IMG/VR virus record: IMGVR_UViG_3300027903_000008
Location: 1-57,433 of that record
Length of the DNA stretch: 57,433 nucleotides
Direction: 5' to 3' (one strand)
Source: a virus
Taxonomy: Duplodnaviria > Caudoviricetes
Of the stretch, positions 19,261 through 26,255 are shown one piece after another. Within the stretch, counting starts at the first letter, position 1. Each line of letters opens with the position of its first letter. A model generated the notes under the pieces. It was given only the letters and a program-made list of their open reading frames with translations, was not told where the DNA came from and searched no databases. Position numbers and translations under genes: made by a program.

Positions 19261-19280
19261 GAGCAGCCGTCGAAGACGGC
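19261..19280. repeat. 20-bp element GAGCAGCCGTCGAAGACGGC, copy 2
   Basis: Exact copy of 9169-9188. Confidence 0.8.
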
Positions 19281-19313
19281 GAGCGGCATTGTGTCGCAGG
19301 AGCATGCGAGTGC

Positions 19314-19342
19314 ATGATATAGCACAGGGAAGTGAAGCGCAA
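19314..19342 (-). promoter_or_regulatory. Putative sigma70 promoter
   Basis: TTGCGC-N17-TATCAT. Confidence 0.5.
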
Positions 19343-19402
19343 GTGCTTTGGTGGCGCATAAGGATGGGTGCCAACCAACTCACGCGCTCACCGTCCCATG
19401 AC

Positions 19403-19417
19403 GTTCACGCTCCGTTC
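19403..19417. promoter_or_regulatory. Alphaproteobacterial LexA box
   Basis: GTTC-acgctcc-GTTC, a perfect GTTC-N7-GTTC. Confidence 0.75.
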
Positions 19418-19452
19418 CCTCAACTCAACCTACCGGCGAGAGCCTATACCAT

Positions 19453-19467
19453 GAACACATCATGAAC
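19453..19467. promoter_or_regulatory. Alphaproteobacterial LexA box
   Basis: GAAC-acatcat-GAAC, a perfect GAAC-N7-GAAC. Confidence 0.75.
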
Positions 19468-19535
19468 ACCCGCTAACGCAGCGGTAGCATATGGTATGCT
19501 CGTCCGCAGTGAGACGATCGGTCATCAAATGCCGT

Positions 19536-19564
19536 TTGACTAACGTTCATATAGGGTTTAAGCT
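19536..19564 (+). promoter_or_regulatory. Sigma70 promoter with embedded LexA-like box
   Basis: TTGACT-N17-TAAGCT; GTTC-atatagg-GTTT at 19545-19559 occupies the spacer. Confidence 0.65.
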
Positions 19565-19575
19565 CTTCGGTTCCT

Positions 19576-19980
19576 ATGACTTGGAAGCTGGTTCCCATGT
19601 CTTGGAACCGCGCAGACATCGCCGAGGTACTCGAAGGCGCCTTCGGTGCGAACTGGAGGAAGCTCGCGCACCCGTACCTCGGGTGTACCAGTCGTGCGAT
19701 CCGGTACTGGCTCGCCGGCAGGAAAGCCATACAGCTGCAAGCCGTCGGCATGCTGCGCAAGCGCGCAGAAGCTCGTCTCGCAGAGCTCGACGATCTCGAA
19801 GAGCTCGATATGCAACGGTGTAAGGATCGCGCAGCTTCGCGCCGGGCGGTCACGCTTAGAGCTATCACTCTAAGCTATCACTTACAGAAGGAAGCCGTCT
19901 TCACGCGACGTATGGTTCGAGCCGACCATCGCTTGGCAGGCTACCGAGAAACGGATCTCTTGCATGACGATCCCTTCTGA
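19576..19980 (+). CDS. HTH-type regulator, probably SOS-inducible
   Basis: FGANWRKLAHPYLGCTSRAIRYWLAGRKAI HTH-like segment; lone plus-strand gene behind the LexA boxes. Confidence 0.65.
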   Translation: MTWKLVPMSWNRADIAEVLEGAFGANWRKLAHPYLGCTSRAIRYWLAGRKAIQLQAVGMLRKRAEARLAELDDLEELDMQRCKDRAASRRAVTLRAITLSYHLQKEAVFTRRMVRADHRLAGYRETDLLHDDPF

Positions 19981-19993
19981 CCGCTTCGCGGCC

Positions 19994-20022
19994 AAAAAGA
20001 AAGAGCCCGCCGAAGCGGGCTC
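19994..20022 (-). terminator. Rho-independent terminator
   Basis: GAGCCCGC-TTCG-GCGGGCTC followed by TTTCTTTTT on the minus strand. Confidence 0.85.
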
Positions 20023-20046
20023 CCTCTGCTGAATCGCCGTTGACTG

Positions 20047-20364
20047 TCACGGCATACGGTCGAATACCGCGTCTTCCAGCGTCTCACGCGGGGAGCTTCG
20101 CTCCCCAATCACGCGAATGTAAGGTGAGCCAAACAGATGCCCGCCCTTCGGGCCTAGATCCGTCTCGTAAGTCGCGATCACACTGTAGACGTATATACCG
20201 GCCTTCACCGGTACACGAACTCGCTCCGGGTCGCTCTTCCATCTCCGGGTCGCGCCGTTGCGACGCAGTTGCCACCACCTTGTCGTCACTCCCAACTTCA
20301 TCGCGATCTCAAGCCGACCACTGTCTAGCAGCTCGTCGACATTGTGCCGAGTAATCTCTGTCAT
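20047..20364 (-). CDS. Early hypothetical protein
   Basis: AACCACGGAG RBS; WQLRRNGATRRWKSDPERVRVPVKAG. Confidence 0.7.
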   Translation of the reverse strand: MTEITRHNVDELLDSGRLEIAMKLGVTTRWWQLRRNGATRRWKSDPERVRVPVKAGIYVYSVIATYETDLGPKGGHLFGSPYIRVIGERSSPRETLEDAVFDRMP

Positions 20365-20410
20365 AGCCTTCGCTCCGTGGTTGAGGGGCGGCATAGCCGC
20401 CCACCACACT

Positions 20411-20439
20411 ACATGGTGACAGCGGCACACGATGTCAAG
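20411..20439 (-). promoter_or_regulatory. Early promoter
   Basis: CTTGAC-N17-CCATGT. Confidence 0.55.
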
Positions 20440-20460
20440 CCGCCATACGCAGCAACTTCA

Positions 20461-20601
20461 CTAGTGTCGGAGCATGGTTTCGCGCTCAATAATCTCCCAG
20501 CGGAGCGCAACTACCGCGCAGACTGCCCAACTCTCTCCGCTGAGATAGGCGGGTGAGGACTCGGCGAGCTGAAGTAGGTATCCGAGTTCTCGCATGGTCA
20601 T
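20461..20601 (-). CDS. Small early hypothetical protein
   Basis: MTMRELGYLLQLAES...; GGGAGG RBS; ATGA coupling. Confidence 0.5.
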   Translation of the reverse strand: MTMRELGYLLQLAESSPAYLSGESWAVCAVVALRWEIIERETMLRH

Positions 20602-20786
20602 CGCGTATCCCTCCCGTTGATAGGCTCGCCCCGCGCAGCAGCGGTAAACCGCCGCGCATCGAAATTAGGGTTGCTGCCCGCCAACTCGGAAGCGAAGTGA
20701 GATACGAGTGTTGGTGACGCGTCGAGCTTCCGCAGGATGCGCGCTATCTCGACGTAGTGTCGATGGTGAAAGAGTGGTGATCCCAT
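20598..20786 (-). CDS. Early hypothetical protein
   Basis: HRHYVEIA...NPNFDARRF motif; AACCACGGAG RBS. Confidence 0.75.
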   Translation of the reverse strand: MGSPLFHHRHYVEIARILRKLDASPTLVSHFASELAGSNPNFDARRFTAAARGEPINGRDTR

Positions 20787-20813
20787 AATGGTTCTCCGTG
20801 GTTGGTGGAGTGT

Positions 20814-20841
20814 ATATGGGGCGTCGCGCTCGATATGCAAC
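20814..20841 (-). promoter_or_regulatory. Early promoter
   Basis: GTTGCA-N16-CCATAT directly after a terminator. Confidence 0.45.
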
Positions 20842-20853
20842 CCCCTGGTGGGC

Positions 20854-20882
20854 AAAAAAGAATGGGCCGCTTCACGCGGCCC
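20854..20882 (-). terminator. Rho-independent terminator
   Basis: GGGCCGC-GTGAA-GCGGCCC then ATTCTTTTTT. Confidence 0.7.
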
Positions 20883-20936
20883 AAGTTTACAGGGAGGAAA
20901 CGCCAATGTGGAACACCCACACGGGACGCTGCGATG

Positions 20937-21101
20937 CTAAAGCATCACAACCCAAAGCGCAAGCGCCACAGCGCCGGCCCACACGCCCACCATCGCGCTC
21001 CACCACTTCACCTCTTGCCGACGCGCCCGCCGTCGCACACTGGCGCGCGCTTCGCGCAAGCGCGCATCCAGCAACACTTCAAACTCTCGCTCGCTAGTCA
21101 T
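20937..21101 (-). CDS. Small C-terminally anchored membrane protein
   Basis: Basic N-terminus; hydrophobic WWSAMVGVWAGAVALALWVVML. Confidence 0.6.
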   Translation of the reverse strand: MTSEREFEVLLDARLREARASVRRRARRQEVKWWSAMVGVWAGAVALALWVVML

Positions 21102-21158
21102 TGCTCGCTCCCAACAGCTCATTGCCCGCTCCACTCTGTTAGTCGCCGCGGTCTCACC

Positions 21159-21374
21159 TCAGATAATCGTGATTCGCGGACGAACTGCATGTGAAGCCGC
21201 AGCATCCCGGATGGCCCTCTCCAAATCAAGTGCGAGCCAGCCACTTTGCCAATCGCTCGATAGCTCACCATACAACGAGCTCTTGTCCCGATGGGCATAA
21301 TACGGATTGGCAGTCCGCGGCGACCCCATGGAACGCGCGGCTTTGCCCTCATCATAAGCCCCTCGATGCATCAT
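21159..21374 (-). CDS. Rmf/CrpP-like protein
   Basis: AYDEGKAARSMG...NPY...DWQSGW pattern; GGGGAGG RBS. Confidence 0.65.
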   Translation of the reverse strand: MMHRGAYDEGKAARSMGSPRTANPYYAHRDKSSLYGELSSDWQSGWLALDLERAIRDAAASHAVRPRITII

Positions 21375-21714
21375 CCACGCCCTCCCCTTCGCGAGCGGGT
21401 TTGCCGATCTCGCGCACCAACTCACCATTCTCGTCCAGTACATAGCCATGATCGCCAGCTCGCCCACTTCGATCGATCGTGTGCCGCACAGCTGCGACTG
21501 CTTTGATCAAGTTCATGAACTCGCCGATGAGGCCCACGTTGTCCACGTACGCAGAGTAAGTGTGGACGGCCTTCGGCTCAGCTGATCGTTTCCCGTCTCG
21601 GTCAAGCCCGGTACGCGCTGTGAGCCCATCGTCCAATTCGTCGCATCGTGGGCATTCCTCACGAGGACGCAGTCCTTCGATAGCGTCGAACAAGTGGTTG
21701 TGTCTCACTACCAT
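21352..21714 (-). CDS. Early hypothetical protein
   Basis: GGAGG RBS; 120 aa. Confidence 0.6.
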   Translation of the reverse strand: MVVRHNHLFDAIEGLRPREECPRCDELDDGLTARTGLDRDGKRSAEPKAVHTYSAYVDNVGLIGEFMNLIKAVAAVRHTIDRSGRAGDHGYVLDENGELVREIGKPAREGEGVDDASRGL

Positions 21715-21791
21715 CACGTCCTCCACAGAATCACGCAAAGCACGACCGTTACTCCCGCGTACACTGCGAGCGTCAGCATCGCCTCGATCAT
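21714..21791 (-). CDS. 25-aa transmembrane peptide
   Basis: MIEAMLTLAVYAGVTVVLCVILWRT; coupled on both sides. Confidence 0.5.
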   Translation of the reverse strand: MIEAMLTLAVYAGVTVVLCVILWRT

Positions 21792-22021
21792 GTCTTGTCC
21801 TCGAATACGAACACAAAGCCTCGCTTTGTGCCGGCGCAAATCAGTCGCCCCTTCCATCCCTGGCGGTCCGCCAACATCTGCGCCGCCTTACGGTGTTGTC
21901 CCTCCCTGCTGAGCGAGTGATCCGATGGGATGACAAGACGATGTTCGTTGCACGTCTCCGCTACGATCCGCGAACCCTTCGTATCCGTCGGACCGAGAAA
22001 CCTCGTTTCGATGGCGATCAT
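21788..22021 (-). CDS. Early hypothetical protein
   Basis: AIETRFLGPTDTKGSRI...GFVFVF, a recurrent phage early-gene pattern. Confidence 0.75.
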   Translation of the reverse strand: MIAIETRFLGPTDTKGSRIVAETCNEHRLVIPSDHSLSREGQHRKAAQMLADRQGWKGRLICAGTKRGFVFVFEDKT

Positions 22022-22275
22022 GGCGAGTTACTCCCTGCCGCAGGCTTGCCTTCCCAAGGCATGCGCCTTCCGCGCTCAACACCTTCCTTGCAGTCCCGTA
22101 GAAAGTCATAAGCGGCCGACCAGTTGTCGAAGCAGTCCGCCCAATCTCCACGCCAGTGTCCCCTGCACGCCTTATGCAGCGTGACGACCCCACGAGCCGG
22201 CCCATCCCCTCTATTGACCTTGACGTTCAACCCGAACAATCTAGCGTACTTGATAACTTGCTCCCGCTTAGTCAT
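22018..22275 (-). CDS. Early hypothetical protein
   Basis: AGGAG RBS; promoter upstream. Confidence 0.65.
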   Translation of the reverse strand: MTKREQVIKYARLFGLNVKVNRGDGPARGVVTLHKACRGHWRGDWADCFDNWSAAYDFLRDCKEGVERGRRMPWEGKPAAGSNSP

Positions 22276-22324
22276 AGCACTATCTCCCTATACTAACCAC
22301 ACAACCATCCTCGCGGTACACTCT

Positions 22325-22353
22325 ATGTGGTGCGACTACCACTACCTGTCAAG
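22325..22353 (-). promoter_or_regulatory. Early promoter
   Basis: CTTGAC-N17-CCACAT. Confidence 0.6.
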
Positions 22354-22359
22354 GAGTTC

Positions 22360-22623
22360 TTACGACAGAACTTCCCAGTCGAACGCGTTCGCATCGGTAT
22401 CCTCTAGCATCTCCGCGTACTCACGCAGCGTCTCCGCCCGACCGATCGCCTCTTCGGCCGCGTCACTCTCTTGCCAACGTTCACTCCTCTCTCCAATATC
22501 CATCTCCCATCCGAGAGCTATCAGCGACATAGCCTCTGACAGCGCCGCTCGCGCCGTTTCATACTCGCCGGCGAGCCTCACCAGCTTCTGGTACTGACCA
22601 TCGGTCAGCTTTGCTATCGACAT
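22360..22623 (-). CDS. Acidic early protein
   Basis: MSIAKLTDG...ERSERWQESDAAEE; 87 aa. Confidence 0.65.
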   Translation of the reverse strand: MSIAKLTDGQYQKLVRLAGEYETARAALSEAMSLIALGWEMDIGERSERWQESDAAEEAIGRAETLREYAEMLEDTDANAFDWEVLS

Positions 22624-22811
22624 CACTGTTCCTCTGTGCATACCGGAACGGAGTGAATTCTCCACTCCATAGGATTGGTCGCAGTGAGTTGTCGCACAAC
22701 AATCGGAAAGCCATTCACATCGTGTCCAATCACTACGTAGCCACTCCCGTCTGCATGAGTCAAAACTGTACCTATCAACAGCGCGCGAAGCTCTCTTTCT
22801 ATCACGATCAT
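22623..22811 (-). CDS. Early hypothetical protein
   Basis: Coupled to both neighbours. Confidence 0.55.
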   Translation of the reverse strand: MIVIERELRALLIGTVLTHADGSGYVVIGHDVNGFPIVVRQLTATNPMEWRIHSVPVCTEEQ

Positions 22812-23056
22812 TCTCCATGGTTGATCGCCGCCTCAAGCTCAGCGACGAAGCGTTGATACTCTGCAAGATGGGCCGTCGCAAGACGCAGCAGCGTAGGACC
22901 CCATCGCTCTACCCCATGCGACATCACAAGCGCGCTGCGCGTCTCAGGTGACATTGTGAATCGACGCATATACGCCTCTGTGTATCCAAGTTGATACGCT
23001 ACCTCACTGAACCTGACGCGCGCGACCGTGCCGCGTATAGCGTCACGAAAGTTCAT
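22808..23056 (-). CDS. Early hypothetical protein (HTH-like)
   Basis: MNFRDAIRG...FSEVAYQLGYT. Confidence 0.55.
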   Translation of the reverse strand: MNFRDAIRGTVARVRFSEVAYQLGYTEAYMRRFTMSPETRSALVMSHGVERWGPTLLRLATAHLAEYQRFVAELEAAINHGE

Positions 23057-23265
23057 GATAGAACCCTCTTCCAAGTGTCGCCTCCGCTTTCGTAGCGGAA
23101 GCGCAGATCGCTGCCAGGGAAGCCGACCGGCGCGCGCATAGGCGTAGCGTGCTGGTCGCAGAAGCACACCCACCTCTTAGTCGGCTTGAACCAGACTGCG
23201 ACGATGCCGGGCGCCTGACAGTCGTCCCAGGCGCACCTCGGCGGCTTTTCAAGTGGTTTGAACAT
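23053..23265 (-). CDS. Cys-containing early protein
   Basis: CAWDDC...CFCDQH; AGGAG RBS region; first gene of the leftward early operon. Confidence 0.6.
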   Translation of the reverse strand: MFKPLEKPPRCAWDDCQAPGIVAVWFKPTKRWVCFCDQHATPMRAPVGFPGSDLRFRYESGGDTWKRVLS

Positions 23266-23332
23266 CCTCGTGCTCTCCTTCCCCCTCTAGATGGTTCCGC
23301 CCCACCGCGATACAAGAGCGTATGTGATTATT

Positions 23333-23534
23333 GGTCCCCTGTCTCTCTTCCCCTGTGGACGCTATAAGGGCGGCGATCCGGCAAAATATTTTCTCGCGCG
23401 CGCGTAATTTGTATAATATATATCATCCTTTTAAGCTTCTTTCCTGTTTTTGCGCAAAATTCTGTCCGATCGATCCGCGCCGCCCTTATAACGTCCAAGA
23501 GAAACAGGGGAAGAGAAACGGGGAACCGAGAAAC
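23333..23534. repeat. Long imperfect inverted repeat with AT-rich core and GAGAAAC iterons (candidate origin/packaging site)
   Basis: 23357-23375 vs 23478-23496 match 18/19 as reverse complements; 23344-23356 vs 23504-23516 match 13/13. Confidence 0.75.
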
Positions 23535-23556
23535 AAAAGACACAAGACATCCGTTA

Positions 23557-23585
23557 TTGACACCGCGCATCCACTGCTCTATTTT
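23557..23585 (+). promoter_or_regulatory. Early promoter
   Basis: TTGACA-N17-TATTTT. Confidence 0.6.
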
Positions 23586-23624
23586 TCACACGAGACCAGC
23601 TCCACGCCACCAGGAAACATCCGC

Positions 23625-24341
23625 ATGAGAGTGACTGCCGAGCAATCCCGCTTCCTCGCCGAGCATGCTGACTTCTTCGAGCGTATCGCTCGCGTCGGCC
23701 CAGGCTTCGCCACCTCCCCAATGACTCTCTTAGAGGCCAGGACCCTACGCCGGTCCTTCTATCGCTTCCGCGACGCTGTAGGGCTTTTCAGCCGCGGCCA
23801 CATGGACACCCGGCTTCGCCGCGGCCGCAGCGGTTCAAACAAGTACGAGTCCGCCGCCACTCCCGAAGAGCGCAGCTACGCTTTCGCCCTACACAGCCGC
23901 CTACTCTCCCTGATGGCAACTTTCGAGCCCGCTACCGATCACTCTTCTACCAGCGAACCATTAATGATCGTTCGCTTCGTCCTAGACCCCATCGTTCGCG
24001 AGGCGCGACGGCTCGATCCCACTTACGAGCGCACCGATGCACTAGCTGCGCGACAAATCGACCCCATGACGCATCACCTGACGGTAGACCCAGACTTAGT
24101 AGGAATGCCGCTCGCCGATTATCCACAAACTGACGCCGACCGCGAGCTAGCCGAAGCGCGATGGCGTGCTTCGCACAAGAACAAGCCCACACCAGCAGAC
24201 CAACTCGGCGACGACCCCATGCGCGGACCCGACGAGTCACCACCACGCGACATCCTCGCCGACATCCGCGAGCGCGACGAACGCGAACGCGTAGCTCGGC
24301 AAGCCGCACTACAACGACAAGCCGAACAACAAAACAGTTGA
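23625..24341 (+). CDS. Hypothetical protein
   Basis: AGGA RBS before MRVTAEQSRF; the track's upstream extension crosses the inverted repeat and is unlikely to be coding. Confidence 0.65.
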   Translation: MRVTAEQSRFLAEHADFFERIARVGPGFATSPMTLLEARTLRRSFYRFRDAVGLFSRGHMDTRLRRGRSGSNKYESAATPEERSYAFALHSRLLSLMATFEPATDHSSTSEPLMIVRFVLDPIVREARRLDPTYERTDALAARQIDPMTHHLTVDPDLVGMPLADYPQTDADRELAEARWRASHKNKPTPADQLGDDPMRGPDESPPRDILADIRERDERERVARQAALQRQAEQQNS

Positions 24342-24366
24342 CAGCGGCTACGCCGCACCATACATC
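24338..24366 (+). promoter_or_regulatory. Promoter
   Basis: TTGACA-N17-TACATC. Confidence 0.55.
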
Positions 24367-24414
24367 TACGATGTACCAAACTGAACCACTCCCACGAAAA
24401 ACAGGATCAGCCCG

Positions 24415-24981
24415 ATGACAGAAACCAGAAGTGCTGTTGCGTCCACGCGATATGACGACGCCGAAGGCGTCGTATCGCTCGCGTTCGTGAATGGCAAGAG
24501 TGTAACGGTCGATGCGAACAAGTTGCCGGAGGCAGTCGCGAACGCCCTATTGCTGCGCGGAATTGCGATGACGCTACGCAACAGCTTCCAGAAGATCGAC
24601 GATATCGACGCTGTCGCACACGCAGCGGCGCTCTGCGCCGCGGATATGCTGTCCGGCAAGTGGAAGCCGGGTCGGACCTTCGGCGAGTCTGCGCCGACCG
24701 ATCTAGAGCGGGCGCTTGCCGAGGCCAAAAAGTGCAGCATCAATCACGTCCGAGACACCTGGCTCCCCCAGTACCTCGAAAATCACACCACAGCCGACCG
24801 CGGCGGTCGCCAGCGAGGCAAGGGAGCGGCTATGGAGGCTCTACAGCGCCATCCGCAGGTCGCCCCTCTATTGGCGCGCTACGCGGCCGAACGCGCACAG
24901 GCGGCGCGCGGAGCCGGCGGCAAGGGCATTCCCTCCCTAGACGAGCTTTCGCCTTCGCCTTCGGCGGAAGCGGCCGAATAG
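24415..24981 (+). CDS. Conserved-type phage hypothetical protein
   Basis: 188 aa; own promoter and RBS. Confidence 0.75.
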   Translation: MTETRSAVASTRYDDAEGVVSLAFVNGKSVTVDANKLPEAVANALLLRGIAMTLRNSFQKIDDIDAVAHAAALCAADMLSGKWKPGRTFGESAPTDLERALAEAKKCSINHVRDTWLPQYLENHTTADRGGRQRGKGAAMEALQRHPQVAPLLARYAAERAQAARGAGGKGIPSLDELSPSPSAEAAE

Positions 24982-25009
24982 CGCTCGCTGGCGCGCGCAC
25001 CATATAAAG

Positions 25010-25153
25010 AGGCGCCGACCGTCGAGCGCGCGTGAGCCGACGGTCGCCTGGGGGAGCGCGCCGATCAGGTTTTTCCGTGGTTGGGCCGATCGGCCGGCTA
25101 CACAGCAGCTCCCTGAGAGGCCCGGTATCCCCTGCCGGGCCTCTCTCCTTTTT
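25010..25153 (+). ncRNA. Candidate sRNA (or long structured 3' UTR)
   Basis: No convincing gene; CCATAT -10-like box upstream; GACCGTCG/CGACGGTC stem; ends in a terminator. Confidence 0.4.
25115..25153 (+). terminator. Rho-independent terminator
   Basis: GAGAGGCCCGGTA-loop-TGCCGGGCCTCTC then TCCTTTTT. Confidence 0.8.
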
Positions 25154-25174
25154 CGCCGCAGGCGAAAAATAGGG

Positions 25175-25203
25175 CTTGACGCTCGCCGCGCCTCGCCCTA
25201 CAT
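25175..25203 (+). promoter_or_regulatory. Promoter of replication operon
   Basis: CTTGAC-N17-CTACAT, close to the alphaproteobacterial RpoD consensus. Confidence 0.7.
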
Positions 25204-25247
25204 ATATCACCACAAGAGTTCACATGGGAGAGGGCGAGGAGCGAGAA

Positions 25248-25451
25248 ATGAAACGCAACCTATCTCACGCAGTGGGCGATTACTTGACCGAGAACCTGAG
25301 GCGAAATCTCGTGCAGTGCAGGAACCCCATTACTGATCGCTGGACGAAACTCAGCACACGAAACGGTAGGATCGTAGCCGTCAAAAAGACGAAGGGGGCC
25401 TATCGGCACGTAGCAAAGTTTGAGGACTGGCTTGTGTCGAGGGGGTTTTGA
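25248..25451 (+). CDS. Small basic protein
   Basis: GAGGAG RBS; VQCRNPITDRWTKL...KKTKGAYRHV. Confidence 0.65.
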   Translation: MKRNLSHAVGDYLTENLRRNLVQCRNPITDRWTKLSTRNGRIVAVKKTKGAYRHVAKFEDWLVSRGF

Positions 25452-25741
25452 ACGTCGAGACGCTTACCATGACGGGCGACAGCGTCGTAGACGCCGCAAT
25501 GCGTCTCTACCCCGACGTACCGCGCGGCCGGCACGGCCCCACCAAAGGCCCGCTGCATCGTCTAGCGCTCGCGCTCGACGTAGGCCCTAGCACAGTCCTA
25601 AAGTGGGCGCGCGGAGCCCACCCGGTGCCGAGCTGGGCCATCCGCGAAATCGACCGGCTTCTGTCTGCTTCGCAGACAACCACGGAGCAGCCACCATGCC
25701 CAACCACCTTATCATCACCACGCGCATCATCGAATTCCTAG
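25448..25741 (+). CDS. HTH (XRE-like) regulator
   Basis: RLALALDVGPSTVLKWARGAHPVP. Confidence 0.7.
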   Translation: MNVETLTMTGDSVVDAAMRLYPDVPRGRHGPTKGPLHRLALALDVGPSTVLKWARGAHPVPSWAIREIDRLLSASQTTTEQPPCPTTLSSPRASSNS

Positions 25742-25785
25742 CAGGCGTAGTGCTCGCTGCGCTCGCACTCTCGGTACTACCGTGA
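25696..25785 (+). CDS. 29-aa transmembrane peptide
   Basis: AACCACGGAG RBS; MPNHLIITTRIIEFLAGVVLAALALSVLP. Confidence 0.5.
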   Translation: MPNHLIITTRIIEFLAGVVLAALALSVLP

Positions 25786-25796
25786 AAGGTGACGCG

Positions 25797-26069
25797 ATGC
25801 AGGATCTTCGCCATCGCGTTCTGCGTCTGGTAGAGCTACGCCGTCGCCACGACGCGCACGACCGCCTGACGGCAGTCGAACAGGCAGAGCTAGAGGCTGG
25901 CATTCCCGCCGTCGAGTACGCGCAGATCATAGCCGACATACGCCGCGAGCGGCGCTCGGCTGCGCCGAGCAAGGCCGCGCGACGCAGCAAAGCTGCCGCC
26001 GCCGCCCCAGCGACTACACCACCAAGTCTCGACGACTTCCTCACGAAAGAGAACGAGGCCCCCAAGTGA
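25797..26069 (+). CDS. Hypothetical protein
   Basis: Helical and basic, ending SLDDFL...; operon context. Confidence 0.65.
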   Translation: MQDLRHRVLRLVELRRRHDAHDRLTAVEQAELEAGIPAVEYAQIIADIRRERRSAAPSKAARRSKAAAAAPATTPPSLDDFLTKENEAPK

Positions 26070-26254
26070 GTCGCCGCCACAGCGAGTCCGAGATAGTCGA
26101 GATCGAGGCCGATCTCGTACACGAGACGCCGCGCGCCTACCTTGTTAGCGACGGCGATCGCGAGTGCTGGCTACCAAAGAGCCTAACGCAGTATGACGGC
26201 CACGGTACCTTCGCTATACCCGAATGGCTGGCGATGCGGGAAGGACTAATCTGA
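26066..26254 (+). CDS. Small beta-barrel hypothetical protein
   Basis: HETPRAYLV...WLPKS...IPEWLAMREGL, a recurrent phage pattern. Confidence 0.75.
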   Translation: MSRRHSESEIVEIEADLVHETPRAYLVSDGDRECWLPKSLTQYDGHGTFAIPEWLAMREGLI

Positions 26255-26255
26255 A

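Noticed and set aside
21119-21355. 78-aa ORF MMRAKPRVPW...
   Set aside because: The overlapping frame 21159-21374 has a better RBS and a recognisable Rmf-like motif.
23333-23534. N15-type telRL hairpin telomere site
   Set aside because: The palindrome is imperfect with a long asymmetric core, and no protelomerase is recognisable in the window.
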